Virus record (IMG/VR): IMGVR_UViG_3300006810_000004
Location: 1-57,977 of that record
Length of the DNA: 57,977 bases
Strand: one strand, 5' to 3'
Source of the DNA: a virus
Taxonomy: Duplodnaviria; Caudoviricetes
The notes beneath the pieces were generated by a model that searched no databases, was not told the origin of the DNA, and saw only the letters and a list, made by a program, of their open reading frames with translations. Made by a program: the position numbers and the translations under genes. Positions 53,161-57,977 of this stretch are shown in pieces; position 1 is the first letter of the stretch; the number at the start of each line of letters is the position of its first letter.

Positions 53161-55098
53161 CTATGATAAAGTTAAATTTAAATTTCTACCAACTTCTAAC
53201 CATTTAGAACCATTGTATCTAAATACAAATAAATCCCCTTTGCTAGCTGTTGTTGTTAATGTGGGTGCTGTGTCACCTGTAAATTCATAGACTGCGTTCC
53301 ATGTAATTGTTCTTGAACCTGTACCATCTTGTATTAATAGTAAAGATACAAACTGTCCTGCTGCAGGTGTAGTACCACTTGGTGCAGATATAGTTCTATT
53401 ACCTGCCATTGTTAATTTAGCTACAGGAGATGCAATAACATCCCAAGCAACAGTCGCTCCATCAGTTAATGTATCTTCTGTATAAAGTGCTGCTCCAGAT
53501 ATTTTTGTTAATCCATTAGCATCTGCTGTATAAACTTTAGAAGCTGCTGTTGTTCCTAATGTAGCTAAGTCTGAATAATTTAATTCTGCTGCTGTTGATG
53601 TAACATTTGTACCACCAATATCAAGAGTAGTCATTTGAACTTCTCCTGCAACAGTTACTAAGTTAGCCGCTACAGTTATTAAATCAGTATCATCAGCATG
53701 TCCTATTGTTGTGCCATCAATTAAAACATTGTCAATATCTAATGAACCACCACTAATTAATCCTGTAGTTGTTATCGTTGATGCACCTGTATCTATAGTA
53801 CCAAATCCTGAAGTTATAGAACCAGAGTTTAATGCTCCTGTTGTTACAATATTTGAACCACCTACATTATGTCCTGCAAAATAAGTAGAAACAGTATCGA
53901 CATTGGTCATACGCATTGTACCTGCGTCATTAATTAATATACCATCTCCACTTGCTACTGCTGTAGTGCCTCTTGAAGTACCACCATCAATTAAATTTAT
54001 TTCTGTAGCTGTTGATGTTACTGCTACATCTTCATTTATTTTTGGTGAAGTTAAAGTTTTGTTTGTTAAAGTATCTGTTGTTGCTTTACCTACTAATGTA
54101 TCAGTAGCTGCTGGCAGTGTTAAAGTAACATTACCAGAAAAAGCTGAGTGAGCAGGAGCTTGAATTTGTGCATAGTGTGCGTTTGATGATTCACAGTAAA
54201 ATCTGACTACAGACTGTGCTCCAGCGTTTTTAACATCAAGAACACCACCATTAACTGTTAGATCGTCTCCAACACTTATATCACCAGTGACTGTTAAAGA
54301 ATCTACAAAAGCATCTTTCCATCTAACGCCTGTAGATCCTAGATCTACATCACTATCTGATTGTGGACCAAATATATTGTCACCAAGATAAACTTGTTCT
54401 ACGTTTGCTGCATAAAAATGTATTTCATCGGCAGTTTCAAAATCTATTTTTGTTTGATCATCTTCACCTATTTTAATATCTGTAGCTAGTAAAGATGTGA
54501 TTGTAGTTTGAGCTGCACTAAGAGCTAAATCAATTGTATTATCGGCATCTTGATATGTGACTGTAATACCTGTTTCAGTATTACTACTAAACATAGCACC
54601 TGTTGTATCTGATATTACTTCAGCTAAAGTTGTACCATTAACTGTTATAGCATCCGCTTCTAATGTGCCATCAATGTCTGCATTACCAGAAATATCTAAA
54701 GTTGCTGCATCTAATTCACCAGATGCTGTAAGATTTGTAACACCTGTTACAGCACCACCAAAAGCAACATTATTACTTCCATCTTCAAATATTAATTTAC
54801 TTGCAGGTAGAGTACAAAAAACATCTTTAGTGCCTGAACTAAAATTAACAGCACTATCACTGTTAGAGCTAGATATTACAGTAGTTCTTGCTAAATCAGA
54901 ACTGTCTCCATCTAAAGTTCCAAGTCCTACTTCAAACTCTGCCTGGTCTTGGTGTGCTATACAATAATATACTGTATTAGAATTACCAATACCTGCAGCA
55001 AAAGTTTCAAAACCTGTTACAGCGCCACCAAGAGATACAGTTCCTGTACCTGTAGTGGTTGTTGTTTCTTTTACACGATCATTAATGACTAATGCCAT
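53161..55098 (-). CDS. Tail fibre protein
   Basis: MALVINDRVKETTTTTGTG N-terminal attachment; TLTNKTLTSP and TSTAAELN fibre repeats; QDGTGSRT C-terminal domain. Confidence 0.85.
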   Translation of the reverse strand: MALVINDRVKETTTTTGTGTVSLGGAVTGFETFAAGIGNSNTVYYCIAHQDQAEFEVGLGTLDGDSSDLARTTVISSSNSDSAVNFSSGTKDVFCTLPASKLIFEDGSNNVAFGGAVTGVTNLTASGELDAATLDISGNADIDGTLEADAITVNGTTLAEVISDTTGAMFSSNTETGITVTYQDADNTIDLALSAAQTTITSLLATDIKIGEDDQTKIDFETADEIHFYAANVEQVYLGDNIFGPQSDSDVDLGSTGVRWKDAFVDSLTVTGDISVGDDLTVNGGVLDVKNAGAQSVVRFYCESSNAHYAQIQAPAHSAFSGNVTLTLPAATDTLVGKATTDTLTNKTLTSPKINEDVAVTSTATEINLIDGGTSRGTTAVASGDGILINDAGTMRMTNVDTVSTYFAGHNVGGSNIVTTGALNSGSITSGFGTIDTGASTITTTGLISGGSLDIDNVLIDGTTIGHADDTDLITVAANLVTVAGEVQMTTLDIGGTNVTSTAAELNYSDLATLGTTAASKVYTADANGLTKISGAALYTEDTLTDGATVAWDVIASPVAKLTMAGNRTISAPSGTTPAAGQFVSLLLIQDGTGSRTITWNAVYEFTGDTAPTLTTTASKGDLFVFRYNGSKWLEVGRNLNLTLS

Positions 55099-55111
55099 TT
55101 AAATTTTTCTC

Positions 55112-55543
55112 CTATGCTAATCTTAGTATAGCGTTACTTGCATCTGCAGTTGGAAACTGAATTGTAAAAGTTCCACTTGTAGATGTCTTGTCTCCACCAA
55201 AATCTAAAACAGCTACTGCTTTGTTAGAATCAGAGCTATTATAAATTAAAGCTCCCCTTGCAGTAATTGTTGCAGATGTAAATGATATATCAGCAAAATC
55301 ACAAATTGCAGTAGTACCTGATGTTGTCGGAGTTACACTTGTTAGTGTTCCACCACCAGAACTATATGTTCCAGAATTAGATACTTCATTACTTGTGCTA
55401 AATGCTGTTGTTGAAGCATCTAAAGAAGCTGAACTTGTGTAGAGCGCGATTTTAAAAGTGTCACCCGAGGTTGCAGTAAAATTATGCGTACCCACAAGTA
55501 ACTCTTGTTTAAAACTTGTGCAAACAGCTTGAGTTATTGACAT
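55112..55543 (-). CDS. Tail structural protein
   Basis: TSFKQELL...FKIALYT...ARGALIYN...VLDFGGDKTS. Confidence 0.75.
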   Translation of the reverse strand: MSITQAVCTSFKQELLVGTHNFTATSGDTFKIALYTSSASLDASTTAFSTSNEVSNSGTYSSGGGTLTSVTPTTSGTTAICDFADISFTSATITARGALIYNSSDSNKAVAVLDFGGDKTSTSGTFTIQFPTADASNAILRLA

Positions 55544-55555
55544 TGTTTATCCTCC

Positions 55556-56236
55556 TTATGGATTTTTTGATTGCAAAGGTGTTCTTAAAGCACCGTGCAT
55601 GTATTCATCTCGTCTGTGTCTTCCTTGTTGCTCAATAACAAGTTCTTGAAGAGCACGTTGATAAGATTGTTCATATAATTGTAGCATTTCTGCCGGGCCT
55701 TTTAAAAATTTAAAGGCTTCTGCAAGACATCCGTATAACAAACAACTAGGAGCATTATTTCCTAAAAAACTTGTTGTATTACTAGAAGATAGTCTTGTAG
55801 GTAATCTAGTAATTCCTAATTCGATATTATAAGCAAGATCTGGCGTAGGCGCAACATAAATTGTGTTGTGATCCCACCAAGCCCAATATCTTGGAGCGGC
55901 GGTTTCAGTTCTATCTGGCCAATATTCATTCATATAAGTTATATCTCTTTGTTCCAAAAAAGATCTAACAGTGGAACTTGTTGAAAAAATATTAACACTT
56001 CTAACAGTACCTAAAGAAGTAGGATCTGGAGTCAGTCCACCAGGTAAAGATAAAAAAGCATTACTTGCTACTAAATTGGCGGATTGATTGGACTTAAAAA
56101 CATCTAAGTCTACATCTCGAAATATTCTATTTTCTGTGTGTTCAATAAAATCATTAACAATAACATCTGTTAAAACAGTGTTATCTACTTCACAATACTC
56201 TCTTATCTGTGTAACTAATTCACTATAGGTTGTCAT
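55556..56236 (-). CDS. Head-tail adaptor / tail tubular protein A-like
   Basis: MTTYSELV...ENRIFR...APTPD...LLYGCLAEAFKFLK. Confidence 0.75.
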   Translation of the reverse strand: MTTYSELVTQIREYCEVDNTVLTDVIVNDFIEHTENRIFRDVDLDVFKSNQSANLVASNAFLSLPGGLTPDPTSLGTVRSVNIFSTSSTVRSFLEQRDITYMNEYWPDRTETAAPRYWAWWDHNTIYVAPTPDLAYNIELGITRLPTRLSSSNTTSFLGNNAPSCLLYGCLAEAFKFLKGPAEMLQLYEQSYQRALQELVIEQQGRHRRDEYMHGALRTPLQSKNP

Positions 56237-56556
56237 GATACACTCACTAAAACTTTTCCTAAATTAACACCAACTATTGTCGAAACTTTACTTTCAGGTA
56301 TCATTGAATCATTATATTCAAAAAACCCAGAACCACCAACAAAAACTGTGGTAGGCTCAATTCTTGATGGTCTTGCGTTTTGAAGACTTTCTTTATCTAT
56401 AGATTTTTTGGTTCTTTCTAATTGAGGATGTTTAGATTCAAACTCGGATTTATGTACGAATAAACCATTCCATTCTTTTACCATTTCTTTGTAAGGAAAT
56501 TCCATACCACTTCTATCTGAAATAGCTTTTGCATATTTACCTACTGCGTGGCCCAT
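56233..56556 (-). CDS. Conserved neck-module protein
   Basis: AISDRSGMEFPYKEMVKEWNG...FESKHPQL. Confidence 0.75.
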   Translation of the reverse strand: MGHAVGKYAKAISDRSGMEFPYKEMVKEWNGLFVHKSEFESKHPQLERTKKSIDKESLQNARPSRIEPTTVFVGGSGFFEYNDSMIPESKVSTIVGVNLGKVLVSVS

Positions 56557-57224
56557 TAGATATAGCCTCTCTCAGGTGTTGCATAAAAACTAGAACGAGG
56601 TCTATCTTCTTCGGAAGCACGTTGCCATTCTTCATCATAAATTTGTTTTAATAAAGGAGTTCTTTCAGGAGATTTTTTAACAGAAAGATAATAAGCTAAT
56701 CCTGAAACGAGACATGGTAAAAATCTAGTAGGGACTTCTAATTCGTTAGTATAATTTCCTGCATCTTGCATTTTAGTCAAAGCATAATATTTAAAACTAT
56801 GCGCTCCATCCGGAGTAGGGTATAAATATAAAACTGGAGCAGAAACATTTCTTTCTACAAAAAATTGTACTGGAGTTCCTCCTGTAGATTTATTAGATAT
56901 ATTTAGATATTCTGCTCTGCTAATACGATCTACTTCTATATCATTACTTGTATTATTTTCAGTAAAAACTACAGCTTCTAAAATATCAATAACATCTGTT
57001 CCTAAAGTGTAGTTAGTTGTGTTAGCTGTTAAAGTTTGAGTTCTAAGTTCTACGGTCCAAAGATTAATACCTCTATTAGACCATTCAGCTAACATTATAT
57101 TTAAAGATCTTCTAGCCGTTTTTAAATCATATCCTGAACGTGAGTTTAAACCACATCTTTCAAAAGACTCTTCTATTACCTCATCGACATCTAAATCAAA
57201 TGCATTTGTTCCTGAAGTAGCCAT
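56556..57224 (-). CDS. Head-closure / adaptor protein
   Basis: MATSGT...ARRSLNIMLAEWSNRGINLW...RFLPCLVSGLAYYL. Confidence 0.75.
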   Translation of the reverse strand: MATSGTNAFDLDVDEVIEESFERCGLNSRSGYDLKTARRSLNIMLAEWSNRGINLWTVELRTQTLTANTTNYTLGTDVIDILEAVVFTENNTSNDIEVDRISRAEYLNISNKSTGGTPVQFFVERNVSAPVLYLYPTPDGAHSFKYYALTKMQDAGNYTNELEVPTRFLPCLVSGLAYYLSVKKSPERTPLLKQIYDEEWQRASEEDRPRSSFYATPERGYI

Positions 57225-57397
57225 TATTTACCTACTTTTTTCATTGCTTTTTTATGAGCTTTTGCAAAAGTCTTACCTTTTTTCATATCTTTTTTCATAG
57301 AAGACATGTGTTTTTTAGTATGCTTTTTAGAATGTTTTTTTAAAGTTTTCTTTTGACCTTTAGATATTTGTTGAGGCATAGAAGATCTCCTAATCAT
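57224..57397 (-). CDS. 57-aa Lys/His/Met-rich basic protein
   Basis: ...KTLKKHSKKHTKKHMSSMKKDMKKGKTFAKAHKKAMKKVGK*; TAATG overlaps. Confidence 0.7.
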   Translation of the reverse strand: MIRRSSMPQQISKGQKKTLKKHSKKHTKKHMSSMKKDMKKGKTFAKAHKKAMKKVGK

Positions 57398-57399
57398 TA

Positions 57400-57819
57400 T
57401 TAATAGATTTTTTGAAACTCTGCTATTATTGTATACATGTTACCTGAATCAGCGGCTCCTGGTACCACAAAATTAACATCACTTTGATTACTATTACTAG
57501 ACTTGTCTGCTGGTATTCCACCAAATTCTCTAAAATCCCAATAACCTGCTCCTGTTAAACCAATGATAGGAATATCACCATCTGAATCTTCTTCATCCAA
57601 ACGAGCATAAGAGTCTCCTCCATCTCCGCCTTGACATGAATACCAAACTCTAAGTAATCCTAAATGTGCCACTGCAGTTCCATCTTGTCTAGCAGTCAAT
57701 GCTGATACATCACCAAAAACTGTAGTGGAACCTGTTCCGTCTGATTGATTGACTATTTTAATTACGACACGATTGTCGTTTTGTTGTAGGATTGTTGGTC
57801 CTGTTACTGTGTCTGCCAT
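57400..57819 (-). CDS. Virion structural protein
   Basis: 139 aa; GGAGG SD; WDFREFGGIP. Confidence 0.75.
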   Translation of the reverse strand: MADTVTGPTILQQNDNRVVIKIVNQSDGTGSTTVFGDVSALTARQDGTAVAHLGLLRVWYSCQGGDGGDSYARLDEEDSDGDIPIIGLTGAGYWDFREFGGIPADKSSNSNQSDVNFVVPGAADSGNMYTIIAEFQKIY

Positions 57820-57844
57820 TTGTTTCCCTCCTTAATTAAGAAAC

Positions 57845-57866
57845 AGTGTGGGCCGAAGCCCACACT
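57845..57866 (-). terminator. UUCG-tetraloop hairpin / terminator
   Basis: AGTGTGGGC-TTCG-GCCCACACT followed by GTTTCTT. Confidence 0.75.
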
Positions 57867-57883
57867 TTAGTTAATGTTATTGA

Positions 57884-57977
57884 TCTGCAAATGCAGGTAC
57901 GTCTGCACCTTCTTGGTAACCCCAAATATAGTAATTTGTACTATCTTTAGCTAAAATATTAATTTCAAACAAACCAA
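57884..57977. repeat. 94-bp exact terminal overlap (copy 2)
   Basis: Identical to bases 1-94. Confidence 0.97.

Noticed and set aside
50096-55098. Diversity-generating retroelement acting on tail genes
   Set aside because: No reverse transcriptase motif and no TR/VR pair noticed
57884-57977. 94-bp terminal repeat as a biological direct terminal repeat
   Set aside because: It falls in the middle of a structural gene that reads through the join, which is typical of assembler circular overlap

Overview
The window is an apparently complete, circularly closed genome of an AT-rich marine tailed phage (podovirus-like). Bases 1-94 are repeated exactly at 57884-57977, giving a unit length of 57,883 bp, and one gene reads across the join. 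Gene content is a Mu-gpT-like major capsid, GroES, a large portal, TerL separated from TerS, family-A DNA polymerase (Leu762 type), UvrD helicase, AEP-type primase, SNF2 helicase, T4-like lysozyme, 2OG-Fe(II) oxygenase and LamG/SPRY tail proteins. This resembles the HTVC023P / vSAG 37-F6-like pelagiphage group; that placement is from recognition of protein motifs, not a search. CTTG-type -35 boxes fit an alphaproteobacterial host. No integrase, tRNA or CRISPR array was seen. The most novel-looking signals are: (i) several unannotated, strongly structured non-coding RNAs in the early region (a tandem array of three ~100-nt closed domains at 15457-15772 and a promoter-driven ~180-nt RNA cassette at 13007-13185); (ii) early genes built as repeat-bounded cassettes sharing a TATCYCA promoter motif, with a candidate RHH regulator; (iii) a double-pseudoknot RNA after the capsid gene; (iv) a free-standing 55-aa mimic of the ribonucleotide-reductase C-terminal CxxC tail; (v) a ParB-like plus ADP-ribosyltransferase-like polyvalent protein; (vi) a recurrent hydrophobic-x-x-GG tag in at least eight putative internal virion proteins. 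The capsid gene has one in-frame TAA and TerS looks frameshifted; both may be sequence errors. All RNA pairings and motif counts were done by eye.
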